Assembly: GCA_965262725.1 (NCBI GenBank) | Contig: OZ253555.1 | Coordinates: 992,001 to 1,056,000, forward strand | Source of the DNA: Dehalococcoidia bacterium | GTDB lineage: Bacteria > Chloroflexota > Dehalococcoidia > UBA2979 | Reading direction: 5' to 3' | Length of the DNA: 64,000 bases | Shown here: positions 39,161-49,420 of the stretch, piece after piece | Layout: every line of letters starts with the position of its first letter | Position numbering within the stretch: the first letter of the stretch is position 1 | The notes under the pieces: generated by a model | What the model was told of the DNA's origin: nothing | Seen by the model: only the letters and a program-made list of their open reading frames with translations | Databases searched by the model: none | Translations under genes and position numbers: made by a program

Positions 39161-40452
39161 GTCAGCGAGCTCCTCGCCGAGCATCGCCGCTACTGCTGCT
39201 CGGTCTCGTCATAGTCATCCTCACAGGCAGCATCAGCTCGTGCTCGTCGTCAGAGGATGCGACCGCTACACGCGCACCGGCGCCGAGCGCCACTGCGCCG
39301 CCTAGCTCCGCCCGGCCGGCGGAGCCCGGGCCGGCGGGTGGCTCCGGCGAGACGAGCGGCGTCTCCGACGAGCGCGTTCTCTTCGGCCAGTCCGCCGCCT
39401 TCAGCGGCCCCGCTCAGGGACTGGGGAGAGACATGCGCCACGGGATCGCCGCGGCCTTCTTGGAGGTGAATCGCGCTGGTGGCGTGCACGGCCGGGTCAT
39501 CGAGCTCCAGTCCCTCGACGACACGTATGAGCCTGAGGCTGCGATCGCGAACACGCTCCGTCTCATCGAGGACGAGCAGGTGTTCGCCCTGATCGGCGCT
39601 GTGGGGACGCCCACGTCACGCTCCGCCACGCCGGTCGCGCTCTCGGCCGGTGTTCCCTACGTCGCCCCGTTTACCGGTGCCGCCTTCCTGCGCGACGCCC
39701 AGCTGCTGGGGAACGTCATCAACCTCCGCGCCTCCTACAACCAGGAGACCGAGAAGATGGTTGCGGAGCTCACGAGCGTGGGTATCGAGCGCATCGCCGT
39801 GATGTACCAAGATGATTCGTTCGGTCGGGCGGGCTACGAGGGCGCGCTGCTCGCGCTCGGCCGGCGCGGGATGGAGCCCGTGGCGGTCGGGCTGTACCCG
39901 CGCAACACGCAGGCCGTGAAGACCGCCTTACTCGACCTGCGGAGGGGGAGCCCACAGGCGGTGATCATGATCGGCGCCTACGAACCGGTCGGGACGTTCA
40001 TCGCATGGGCACGCACGACCGGCATGGACGCGGTCTTCATGACCGTCTCTTTCGTGGGGAGCAATGCGCTGGCTGAACAGCTCGGCCCCCGTGGGGAAGG
40101 AGTCGTCGTCACGCAGGTCGTGCCCTTCCCATCGGACACATCCGTACCGGTCGTCGCTTCTTACCGCCGAGCCCTCTCTGCCTATGACCCGGTGGTGCGT
40201 CCGGGATTCGTCTCGCTGGAGGGCTATCTGGCTGGCCGCCTCGCGATCGCCGGCCTTGAGCGCTGCGGGCCGGATCTGACTCGCACATGTTTCCGCGAAG
40301 CCATCCTCGGCGCTGCGTCGATAGACGTCGGCGATTTCGAGCTGCGCTACGGCGAGGGCGACAACCAGGGATCGGATGAGGTCTTCCTGACGGTGATCGG
40401 GAGCGACGGGCTGTACTATCCGATTGAGCGATTGGCGGAAGTGCGGCCGTGA
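39157..40452 (+). CDS. Leu/Ile/Val-type solute-binding lipoprotein
   Basis: Hydrophobic signal ending in SSC; FGQSAAFSGP, DDTYEP, GAVGTPT, RASY. Confidence 0.88.
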   Translation: MSQRAPRRASPLLLLGLVIVILTGSISSCSSSEDATATRAPAPSATAPPSSARPAEPGPAGGSGETSGVSDERVLFGQSAAFSGPAQGLGRDMRHGIAAAFLEVNRAGGVHGRVIELQSLDDTYEPEAAIANTLRLIEDEQVFALIGAVGTPTSRSATPVALSAGVPYVAPFTGAAFLRDAQLLGNVINLRASYNQETEKMVAELTSVGIERIAVMYQDDSFGRAGYEGALLALGRRGMEPVAVGLYPRNTQAVKTALLDLRRGSPQAVIMIGAYEPVGTFIAWARTTGMDAVFMTVSFVGSNALAEQLGPRGEGVVVTQVVPFPSDTSVPVVASYRRALSAYDPVVRPGFVSLEGYLAGRLAIAGLERCGPDLTRTCFREAILGAASIDVGDFELRYGEGDNQGSDEVFLTVIGSDGLYYPIERLAEVRP

Positions 40453-42638
40453 GCCAGCGACTGCGTGACGCGCTCAACATCCGCCACCGCATCTCGACGC
40501 AGATCTACGTCGGGATCGGCGGCGCCGTCGCCCTGACGCTCGCGGCGAGCCTCGTCGGCTGGTTCTCGTTCAATCGCGTCGGCGACTTTCAGAGCCGGGT
40601 CAACGAGCGAAGCGTCCCGGAGCTCTCCGCAGCGTTCGGCGTGGCCCAGTTCAGCGGTGTTCTCGTCGACGCCGCGCCGCGACTGACCGGAGCGGCGACG
40701 CTCGACGAGGTTGCTGCCGTATCAATCGCTATCGACGAGGCACATGCGGCGTTCGAGGCGGAGCTGTCAGTTCTGGAGACGAGCAACACCGCGAACGAGC
40801 GCTTCGCGCGCGTCCACTCCCATTCGAACACGCTCATCTCCAATATCGTTGCCATCAAGAATGCGAAGGAAGAGCTGTTCGTTGTCTCCGCTCAACGAGA
40901 TGATCTCTTGATGGAGCTCGACGAGGTCCGCACTCGTCTTGAGGACCTGCTCATCCCGGCACTCGATGACCAGCTCTTCTATACCGTAACGGGCTACAGT
41001 GAGCTCGACGAGCCTGCCTCCGATCCTCTCGAGCACTTCACCGAGTCGGAGTTCAACCGCTTCCGCTATCTGGCCGAGTTGCAGGCGGATGCGAACCTGT
41101 CGACACAGCTTCTGGCCAGCGCGTTCGGCCTCTCGGACCCATCCTTCATCGAGCCACTGCGCGAACGTTTCGAGGCCTCGACGGCCCGTGTCGCTCGAAA
41201 CCTGGACTCTCTGGAGGAATCTGAGCTGCGTGCCGAGCTCGCTGCGAGTTTTGGCCGGTTGCTTGGCCTGGGCATCGGTGAGGAGAACGGCTTCGATGTG
41301 ATCGCCACGGGGCTCCTGCTTGAGAATTCGCAGAGGGATCTTCTCGACGAGAATCGCGATATCGCCATCGACCTCGTCGCCGAGATCGACGGCATCGTGG
41401 ACGCGGCGAGCGCGAGCGCGCAGGAGGCAACCCTCGCCTCGTTGGAGGCGATTCAGACGGGCCGCACGCTGCTGCTCGCGATCAGCGCCCTAAGCCTCGC
41501 CGGGGCGCTACTGATCGCGTGGCTCTACGTCTGGCGGGTCCTGCTGCGCCGCCTCGAGGCACTGGCCAACTGGATGCGCCGGATGGCTGGCGGGGACTTG
41601 GAGGCGCAGGTCGCCATCGGTGGACAGGACGAGGTCGCGGAGATGGCCGCGGCCCTGGAGGTGTTTCGTCGACACGCGCTGGAGGTCCAGCGTCTGAACC
41701 TCGTGGAGAAGCTCGCGGGAGAGCTACAGGATAAGAATGGCGAGCTGGAGACCGTGCTGGCCGACCTACGCCGTGCGCAGGACCAGATCGTCGTTCGCGA
41801 GAAGCTCGCTGCTCTCGGTCAGCTGACCGCAGGTGTGGCTCATGAGATCAGGAATCCGTTGAACTTCGTCAAGAACTTCTCGGAGTCGTCGGCTGAACTT
41901 CTCGTCGAACTGCGAGAGACCTTCGACGAAATCGGCGATAGCGTGCCGGACGAGCATCGGGAGCTCATAGCAGAGATATCGAGCGACCTGACCGAGAACC
42001 TGGAGCGCATACGCAGCCACGGCGAGCGCGCCGATCGGATCGTGCAGGACATGCTGATGATGGGACGCGACTCGGGTGAGTGGCAATCGTTCGACATCAA
42101 TCGACTGCTCGACGAACACGCGAGGCTTGCCTATCACAGCGCGCGGGCATCCGATCCTGATTTTCAACTCGACCTGCAGCAAGAGCTCGATCCCGACGTT
42201 GGCGAGATGACGGTCATCCCGCAGGATCTCGGTCGGGTCTTCCTCAACATGGTGGGGAACGCCTGCGACGCGACCGACGATAAGCGCCGCGCCCTGGCGG
42301 GGAGCCCCGGCGGCACCGGCACCTACTCTCCGACCGTCCGACTGAGCACGAAGCGCTTAGATGAGGGCGTCGAGGTACGGATCCGCGACAACGGGCATGG
42401 GATACCTCAGGAGATCGCGGACAAGATCTTCAACCCGTTCTTCACCACCAAGCCCACCAACCGCGGAACGGGACTTGGCCTCGCCATATCGAGCGACATA
42501 GTGCGCAAGCACGGCGGAACCATTCGAGTCGAGTCCGAACCTGGCGAGTTCACGGAGATGATCGTCGAGTTGCCCCTGGCCCCGCCCGAGGACGGGCAGG
42601 GCGAGGTCCCTGTGGTGCCGGCGGCGGCCAGCGGTTAG
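40449..42638 (+). CDS. Sensor histidine kinase (2 TM, helical extracellular sensor, HAMP, HisKA, HATPase)
   Basis: GVAHEIRNPLNF, DNGHG, FNPFFTTK, GTGLGL. Confidence 0.93.
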   Translation: MSQRLRDALNIRHRISTQIYVGIGGAVALTLAASLVGWFSFNRVGDFQSRVNERSVPELSAAFGVAQFSGVLVDAAPRLTGAATLDEVAAVSIAIDEAHAAFEAELSVLETSNTANERFARVHSHSNTLISNIVAIKNAKEELFVVSAQRDDLLMELDEVRTRLEDLLIPALDDQLFYTVTGYSELDEPASDPLEHFTESEFNRFRYLAELQADANLSTQLLASAFGLSDPSFIEPLRERFEASTARVARNLDSLEESELRAELAASFGRLLGLGIGEENGFDVIATGLLLENSQRDLLDENRDIAIDLVAEIDGIVDAASASAQEATLASLEAIQTGRTLLLAISALSLAGALLIAWLYVWRVLLRRLEALANWMRRMAGGDLEAQVAIGGQDEVAEMAAALEVFRRHALEVQRLNLVEKLAGELQDKNGELETVLADLRRAQDQIVVREKLAALGQLTAGVAHEIRNPLNFVKNFSESSAELLVELRETFDEIGDSVPDEHRELIAEISSDLTENLERIRSHGERADRIVQDMLMMGRDSGEWQSFDINRLLDEHARLAYHSARASDPDFQLDLQQELDPDVGEMTVIPQDLGRVFLNMVGNACDATDDKRRALAGSPGGTGTYSPTVRLSTKRLDEGVEVRIRDNGHGIPQEIADKIFNPFFTTKPTNRGTGLGLAISSDIVRKHGGTIRVESEPGEFTEMIVELPLAPPEDGQGEVPVVPAAASG

Positions 42639-42645
42639 GAGGACG

Positions 42646-44088
42646 GTGCCCGTGCTAGTACGGACTTCCCCGAGCCGGTCCAGGCTGGGCGGGCACGCCC
42701 TCGGCGCCGCGGCCGCCCGCCCAAGGCGCAGCGTCGCGGTGGTGGCCGCGCTCGCGGGCTCGCTCGGCCTCTTCCTCCTGTGGCCCTCGGTCGTGAGCGC
42801 GGCCGGCGTGGATGCGGAGACGGCGTTCGTGCTCAACACGCTGTCGTTCCTCATCTGGGGCGCGCTCGTGATGTGGATGGCTGCCGGGTTCACGATGCTC
42901 GAGGCGGGCTCGGTGCGGACCAAGAACGCCTCGGCGATATGCATGAAGAACCTCGGGGTGTACTCCATCGCGGGTCTCGCCTACTTCGTGGTCGGCTACA
43001 ACCTCATGTACGTCGATGTCGGAGACCTGATCGGCTCCCTGACATTGTTCTACGGGCCGTCCGCCGACGAGGTGGCGCTTGTTGAGGGGCTCGATGTCGC
43101 ATCTGCCGTGATCGCGACCGGCTACTCCTCGATGTCCGACTGGTTCTTTCAGATGGTCTTCGTGGCGACCACGGCATCGATCGTCTCCGGCGCCCTGGCC
43201 GAACGTGCGAAGATGTGGTCGTTCCTCCTCTTCACCCTCGTTCTCACGGCGTTGATCTACCCGGTCGTGGGCGCATGGACATGGGGTGGGGGGTGGCTCG
43301 CCGAGCTGGGCTTCAAGGACTTCGCCGGTTCGACGGTTGTCCACGGGACGGGTGGGTGGGCCGCCCTTGCGGGTGCGATGGTCGTCGGCCCACGTCGTGG
43401 CAAGTTCCGCCCGGATGGCAGCGCCCGCCCGACGCCGCCTTCCAGCGTCGTGGTCGTGACGCTGGGGGTCTTCATCCTGTGGTTCGGGTGGTTCGGCTTT
43501 AACGGCGGTTCGCAGCTTGCGCTCGGGAGCGCGCGCGACGTCGTCGCGATGAGCCTTGTGCTGGTCAACACAAACCTTGCGGCTGCGGCGGGCGTCATGG
43601 CGGCCCTCGTGGTTTCGCGGCCCATCTTGGGTCGCATGAGCCTGCTCGCGGGCCTGAACGGCGGAATTGCGGGACTCGTCTCGATCACGGCCGGTCCCGA
43701 CATCGTGGAGCCGCTGTGGGCCATCGCCATCGGTGCGATCGGGGGCGCCACTTGCACAGGCGGCATCTGGGTCTTGGACAAGCTCCGCATCGATGATGTC
43801 GTCGGAGCGGTGCCAGCGCACCTCTTCGCCGGGATTTGGGGCACGCTCGCCGTCTCGATCGCCGGAGGCGCAAATCTTCTCACGCAGTTCGTCGGCGTGG
43901 TGGCGGTCGGGGCGTTCGCCTTTGGGGTTTCGCTCGTGCTGTGGCGCGTGATCGACATGACGATCGGTGCCCGCGTGTCTCCGGAAGTGGAGCTAGTGGG
44001 ACAGGACGTCGGGGAGCTGGGACTCGAGGCCTACCCCGAGTTCGTTCTGATGCCGGAGGAGGACTTCGCGGGCGACGGCCCGGCCTGA
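42646..44088 (+). CDS. amt: Ammonium transporter (Amt)
   Basis: FFQMVF, SGALAER, DFAGSTVVH, WFGWFGFNGGS, DDVVGAVPAH (twin His kept), EAYPEF; true start uncertain. Confidence 0.93.
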   Translation: MPVLVRTSPSRSRLGGHALGAAAARPRRSVAVVAALAGSLGLFLLWPSVVSAAGVDAETAFVLNTLSFLIWGALVMWMAAGFTMLEAGSVRTKNASAICMKNLGVYSIAGLAYFVVGYNLMYVDVGDLIGSLTLFYGPSADEVALVEGLDVASAVIATGYSSMSDWFFQMVFVATTASIVSGALAERAKMWSFLLFTLVLTALIYPVVGAWTWGGGWLAELGFKDFAGSTVVHGTGGWAALAGAMVVGPRRGKFRPDGSARPTPPSSVVVVTLGVFILWFGWFGFNGGSQLALGSARDVVAMSLVLVNTNLAAAAGVMAALVVSRPILGRMSLLAGLNGGIAGLVSITAGPDIVEPLWAIAIGAIGGATCTGGIWVLDKLRIDDVVGAVPAHLFAGIWGTLAVSIAGGANLLTQFVGVVAVGAFAFGVSLVLWRVIDMTIGARVSPEVELVGQDVGELGLEAYPEFVLMPEEDFAGDGPA

Positions 44089-44368
44089 CCGTCGGGGTCG
44101 CGTCTTGGCAACACGCGTCCGCAATTCAGGCACCCGTGACGCTCGAGCCGCGGGAGGGGGTCGGTCCTCGTCAGCTGCCCGACCGGTCATTGGGGGGCAA
44201 CCTATGCTTGAGTCTTCCGACCCGTCGACTCTGGTCGCACACCGAGCGCCGGAACATTCGTACGTAGCACATCATGCCGGTGCTTGCGATCTGCGCGGCA
44301 CGGCGAATGCGCCGGCCCCGGCAGTGTGCTCGGGTCGGTGGTCCGTCGCAGGGCGGTCTGGACGCAGG

Positions 44369-45232
44369 TCATCTCCCGATGCGGTCCGGCGCGGGAGAGC
44401 CGTCGCCGAGCCCGAGGAAGCGCCTCGCGTTCTCCCCCAGGATCGACTCCCTCTCCTCTGCGGATAGAAAGTCGAGGGCCTCGGCGACGAACCCTACCTC
44501 TTCCTCGTAGCCGGCCCGCCCGCGACCCAGCGTCTGTGTGTGATCGCTGCCCCACAGCAGCCGTTCGGCCCCGAACGCCTCCACCGCGCGGCGGGCAAGG
44601 TCGTGCACCTCCGGGAACGGGTAGCCCGAGCGGGAGCGCGCCGGCAGCGTGGAGAGTTTCGCGAGCAGTCGGGGATACCGGGCCAGCCCGAGGAACCTGT
44701 TGAAGGCCGCCTCATCCATCGGCGCGTCGATGAGGGGCAATCCGAGGTGGTCGATGCAGAGCCGCAGGCCGGGGCGGCGTTCAAGCAGTGCCTCCACGTA
44801 ATCGAGCGCGCCGGCCGCCATCACGGTGACCGCGATCTCTAAGCGCTCGCAGGCCGCCCAGAACGGCTCGGCCGCCTCGTCGTTCCCCCACAGCGCGCGG
44901 CCTCGGGCCGTCACGCTCGTTCGGATGCCGCGTAGACCGGGCACCTCGAGCCAGCCCGCCAGGCGCGTTGCCACGTCGGGCGCTGCGACATCGACGAGCC
45001 CCATCACAACGAAGCGGTCGGGGAAGCGCTCCGCGCACTCCAGCGCGTAGTCGTTGCTCGGGTGGACGTAGGCGGGCGGTACGATCACCGCGACATCGAC
45101 CCCGGCACGGTCCATCATCGGCAGGAATTGCTCGGGCCCGAACGGCTCGGGGAGGCTGGTCGGGATGCCCCGCCGCCACGGGCGGTCCGGCCGCTCCGTC
45201 TCCCACAGGTGGATCTGCATGTCGACCCTCAT
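44369..45232 (-). CDS. Amidohydrolase family 2 protein
   Basis: DMQIHLW, IDHLG, FGAERLLWGSD, ILGENA. Confidence 0.88.
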   Translation of the reverse strand: MRVDMQIHLWETERPDRPWRRGIPTSLPEPFGPEQFLPMMDRAGVDVAVIVPPAYVHPSNDYALECAERFPDRFVVMGLVDVAAPDVATRLAGWLEVPGLRGIRTSVTARGRALWGNDEAAEPFWAACERLEIAVTVMAAGALDYVEALLERRPGLRLCIDHLGLPLIDAPMDEAAFNRFLGLARYPRLLAKLSTLPARSRSGYPFPEVHDLARRAVEAFGAERLLWGSDHTQTLGRGRAGYEEEVGFVAEALDFLSAEERESILGENARRFLGLGDGSPAPDRIGR

Positions 45233-45464
45233 CGTTCGGTCCCTCCGGATGCCCGTCGGACGACTGCCCCGGGGTCGTCCGAGAAGATCGGGGCGTCGGC
45301 GACGAACTCCACGGATGGTCCGCCACGACTGCTGTACGACGCTACACCTTCGCGTCGACGATCTTTAGGATGCCGCCGTGTGTGTCGATCGCCAAGGTCC
45401 TTGAGCCAGTCTGGGCAGCCGGCAGGCGGCTAGATGTCATCGGGCGCCTGGCCGGCCCGCGGCA

Positions 45465-45660
45465 TCAAGGAACTCCGGCATACTGCCGCCTCGCTTCTCC
45501 ACGCGCAGGGGCTCTCCCCCTGCGCGCTCATGGAGATGGTCGGGCATTCCGACGTGCGGATCACGCTCAACACGTACACCGACGTCTTCGACGAGAACCG
45601 TCGTCGCGCTGCGGAGCGGATGGACGCCGCCCTCGGCGCCGAACGTGAATGGGACCACCG
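45465..45660 (+). pseudogene. Tyrosine integrase C-terminal remnant
   Basis: ELRHTAASLL...VGHSDVRITLNTYTD (R, H and Y catalytic box); N-terminus missing. Confidence 0.8.
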
Positions 45661-45703
45661 CCGGGCGGTCGGAGCCGAGGAAGTCGATCCTAGGTTGAAA
45701 AAG

Positions 45704-45749
45704 TGGTCGGGGAGACAGGATTTGAACCTGCGACCTCCTGACCCCCAGA
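45704..45749 (-). tRNA. 3' half of tRNA-Pro(GGG); att-site duplicate, not a full tRNA
   Basis: Reverse complement tctggggg tcagg aggtc gcagg ttcaaat cctgt ctccccg a cca (anticodon loop, T arm, acceptor 3' strand, CCA); no D arm or 5' acceptor strand upstream. Confidence 0.88.
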
Positions 45750-46036
45750 TTGGCTTGCCACGCGCACGGACGCGCACCACCGCGCACACAGGTTTGATTC
45801 CGGCGCCGAGAACGTACGCATACGCACGGACGCGCAGGTCCGCGCACCGGCGAATGGGACCACGAAAGGGACCATGACGGTGTGATCGCGGGAGATCGCT
45901 TGGCGTGCGGCAGCGGCACCGATGCGGCCGTGTGCCCGCCGACAATGCGAGGCCCCAACGGGTCTTGAGTTCCGGTCTCGCCGCCCCGCTGCATCCGGAT
46001 GCGACCGGCAGTGGAAGGGCCACTTTTGCCGTATCC

Positions 46037-46696
46037 CTATTCGGACGCGCTTGACGGGATATCGAGGGTCAGCGGCGTGTCTCCGGAGGCATTCCGATCC
46101 GTGTGCCACACTGCGCGCCACCTCCCTCTGTCATCAACGGTATCTGGCCACAGGTCGACATAGGGACCTTCAACGTCGGTTCCGGGAAAGAACGGCTCAT
46201 CCTGAAGCAGCGTCCAGTGATACGAATGATCATTGCTTTCCTCACTTGGTGCCCTCTTCCACCCAGCCGCGGCGCCCGACGATTGAGAAGGTCTATCGCC
46301 GTAGTAGCTCTGCATTCTTCCCTGTGGGTCCTCAAGCCATACCTCAAGGCGATAGGCGTTCACTAATGCACCATTCTTCGGATTCGAGAATACGGTGCGA
46401 CATATCTCCATATCCCAATCCGGTAGGGGTCTTCTCTCGACGCGGACCTGCAGTCTCTGATGAGGAAAGAGGGTTCGTAGTTCCACGTAGGCGGCCACGA
46501 TTGAGAGTACCGTCGCAAGCACGCCCACTCCCGCGATCCACGCCGCTACTTGCGCGATTGCTTGGCCGTCTGTCGGCGGCCACGTGTGCCAAGCTGCCCA
46601 TGCCAGAAGCACGAATGCCACGATGACCAGGGCGAAGGCGGCTACTAGCAGACGGAATGACAGCCGACTGTTCACTTCGAGTTCCCCGACGTGCAT
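46037..46696 (-). CDS. Hypothetical protein with two N-terminal TM helices
   Basis: 219-aa ORF, two hydrophobic segments then a soluble domain. Confidence 0.6.
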   Translation of the reverse strand: MHVGELEVNSRLSFRLLVAAFALVIVAFVLLAWAAWHTWPPTDGQAIAQVAAWIAGVGVLATVLSIVAAYVELRTLFPHQRLQVRVERRPLPDWDMEICRTVFSNPKNGALVNAYRLEVWLEDPQGRMQSYYGDRPSQSSGAAAGWKRAPSEESNDHSYHWTLLQDEPFFPGTDVEGPYVDLWPDTVDDRGRWRAVWHTDRNASGDTPLTLDIPSSASE

Positions 46697-47469
46697 CTGC
46701 GCGCTCCGCAGGGGGTGGAGGTGCGACTGCGGGCAACTAGGCCACTAGCCAAGCCCGGTGACATCACGCGCATCGGGACCGCCCGGAAGCCGACATCCTG
46801 CCCGGGAGTCACGCCGATCGAGTACAGAAGCGTGGGGCGGACCCAGCGCAGCAACCCGCCGGACGCAGTATCCGCTGAGGTCATCGTTGGTGCCCTACGC
46901 CGACCCTCGGCGCCCCCCGTGCCAGCACGGCCGCGCCCGGGCCAGTGGCTGACGCTACAGCAGGCGAACGGCCGACTAGTCTACGATCTCGCCCGCCGCT
47001 CTGTGGCTGACCGGCGCCACTAGCAGCACCTTGCCAGCTCGGGAGGTCGGGCAAGTCATCTACGAACCAGAGGGCGAAGCCCGCCAGCCAGCGGCCCCGA
47101 TGTTCAGCGCCGAGGCGAGGAAACTCGCCTCAGCCGTGTTGGACGGATGGACGAACACCTTGATGAACACGCCCGCCTCGCTGTCGACCCTCCGACAGAC
47201 GATCCGATTCGTCCGACCCGGGGCTTGGCGCGAGCTGCGCCGATATGTGAACGAACGGGACATCCGGGAAGCAGTACGAGCGTTCTTGGTCCGCCAGGAA
47301 CGACTGAGCAGGGGCGACCTCGCTCCCGGGCGAGTACTGGGGCCCGTCCGGCGTACTTCCACCAGAGGTCTGGGCGAGCATGTGGCGCGCTCAGCACCGT
47401 GCGTACGTCCGGTTGTGGGGTGCCGACATTGGCGCCGCAGCGGCCGACAGTGGGACCATGCCACGTGCG

Positions 47470-48273
47470 ATGAATGCCCCACACGTCGACGCGTTGGTTT
47501 TCAGAATCGAGCATGGCCCTGCCGTGGCCTACAGCGACGATGCGCCGTCCATCGATCACGAGGAGCCAGGGTTCCGAGTAACACTCAAGGACGGAACCGT
47601 ACGCTTCGCCCTCAAGGAGCATCACGCGACTGAGGAAGAAGCGCTGGAGGCGGTGCTTCCGTACATCCGGGGCTGGGAACTGGACGCCAGCCTCCACGCG
47701 TGCCCGGGAGACTTCCGGTTGCGATTGGACCGGGCAGAAGTCATCGATCGACAACGGCCACAGTCGAAGCAAAGGACCCTCAACGTCTCCGCGTCCCGCA
47801 TCGCCGTACGCTGGACCACCGGGAACGTGAAGGTAACTCTTACGCGGCCTGCCTATCCCTCGCCACCAGCGGGCGTGACTCTCAGGGCGGACGACCCCGA
47901 CGTGGAGACCATGTACGACCGGTTGTCCCGGTACTACGCGGGGCACGAACCCCTGCCGAGCATGGTGTACTTCTGTCTCACCATGCTTGAGTACCGGTCG
48001 CCGGGGCGTGGACGGCAACAGAGACATGGTGCTGCCGTGCACCACCACATCAGCAAGCGGGTTCTCACGGAGATCGCGAAGCTCGCGTCCAACGGGGGAG
48101 GAGTTGGCTCGGCGCGCAAGGCGTCTGCCACTAGTACCGAGCTCTCGCAGCCGGAATCGCGTTTCCTCGAAGCGGCGGTCAAGATGATCATCCGCAGGGC
48201 TGCCGAGGTAGCCCAAGACCCCGACGCAGCCCTCCCGACGATCACGCTCGCGGATCTTCCTGAGCGCTCCTGA
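47470..48273 (+). CDS. Hypothetical protein (beta-rich N-terminus, helical C-terminus)
   Basis: Protein-like ORF MNAPHVDALVFRIEH...; no motif securely recognised. Confidence 0.65.
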   Translation: MNAPHVDALVFRIEHGPAVAYSDDAPSIDHEEPGFRVTLKDGTVRFALKEHHATEEEALEAVLPYIRGWELDASLHACPGDFRLRLDRAEVIDRQRPQSKQRTLNVSASRIAVRWTTGNVKVTLTRPAYPSPPAGVTLRADDPDVETMYDRLSRYYAGHEPLPSMVYFCLTMLEYRSPGRGRQQRHGAAVHHHISKRVLTEIAKLASNGGGVGSARKASATSTELSQPESRFLEAAVKMIIRRAAEVAQDPDAALPTITLADLPERS

Positions 48274-48449
48274 CTGGGGCCGGAGCACCACCGGCCCGGC
48301 TACTTCCACCACAACGCGAGGGTGAGAACGCGCCGCAGCCACAGCAGCAACAGCGCCCGCCTGCCGGCGGGTGCCGTGTTCCGTCCGGCCGCTGCACAAT
48401 CGTCAGCCACCCAGCAGGCGCCGTGGACGCCTGACTGGAGGAGCCCCTC

Positions 48450-49149
48450 TTGCTCAGCATTCGCAAGTTCGATGCAGTCGTCTTCGACCTGTGGGGCACG
48501 CTGGTCGACGATCCGGCGAGCGATCCGGGATACGTGCGGATGACGAAAGAGGTCGCGGCCCTGCTTGGCGTGGACCAACCAGACGGAATTCGCGAGTGCG
48601 TGGTCCGCCGCATGGTCCGCGCGCGTTGTAGGTGACCTCCCGTCGACGGAGGCTGCCCATGTCCACGTGTGCAGGAAGCTCGGGGTTGAGCCGGACCCGG
48701 ACAGCGTGCGTGCCTCCGTCGAGGTTCGGTACGCCTACATCCGCGGAGCCTTGGCGGCCGTCCGCCCCGGGATATCAGAGGCGCTGGCTGAGCTGGCGGA
48801 GGCTGGCTACCGGATTGGCCTCGTCAGCAATTGCAGTGTTGAAACCTCCCGGTTGTGGGCGTCCACGACCATTGCCGACCTTATCGGAACAGCCGTGCTC
48901 TCCTGCGATGTGGGCCTTGCCAAGCCCGATCCCCGCATCTACGCGCTCGCTACCCAACGGATGGATGTCGTACCCAAGCGCTGCCTCTTCGTCGCGGATG
49001 GTAGTGAAGACGAACTCAGTGGTGCGACGACGGTGGGCATGACGGCCGTGCTCATGCGTGCCCCGTACGACATCGAGGACGGTTCCCGCCAAGGTTGGGA
49101 CGGTCTCAGGATTTCGGCGATCCCGGATGTCCTGAGGATAGTGGGATGA
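48450..49149 (+). pseudogene. HAD-family hydrolase, frameshifted
   Basis: FDLWGTL (motif I) lies in one frame; LVSN, KPDPRIY and FVADGSEDEL in another; ACCA tandem duplication at 48574-48581. Confidence 0.8.
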
Positions 49150-49264
49150 GTTCGTCCCAGATGCCACTCATCGCTGGGGACGCAGGCGGACACACGGGAC
49201 TACCAGAGACCAGTTGCCTCTCCGTCGATGTGGGTTACCTCTGAGGACGGCGGGTGTGAACAGC

Positions 49265-49420
49265 GATCGGCGCCGCCGCCGCGCAAGCAAGCGCTCCGCG
49301 CGGCGCCGACGCTCGGTCCGTACGCGGACGTCATCCGAGAGTGGCTCGTCGCCGAGTACGGCGCGAGGGTCGCCGAGGCGACGGTCCGCGGCTGCGTCGC
49401 CCGGCTCCGGCGCGAACGCC
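49265..49420 (+). pseudogene. IS21 istA N-terminal remnant with internal deletion
   Basis: SAPPPRKQ..AAPTLGPYADVIREWLV/AEYGARVAEATVRGCVARLRRE aligns by eye with IstA at 55395. Confidence 0.75.

Noticed and set aside
45704-45790. Complete tRNA-Pro gene
   Set aside because: 5' acceptor strand and D arm are absent.
46691-47400. ORFs 46691-47023 and 47031-47633
   Set aside because: No recognisable motif or clear start; probably degraded sequence.
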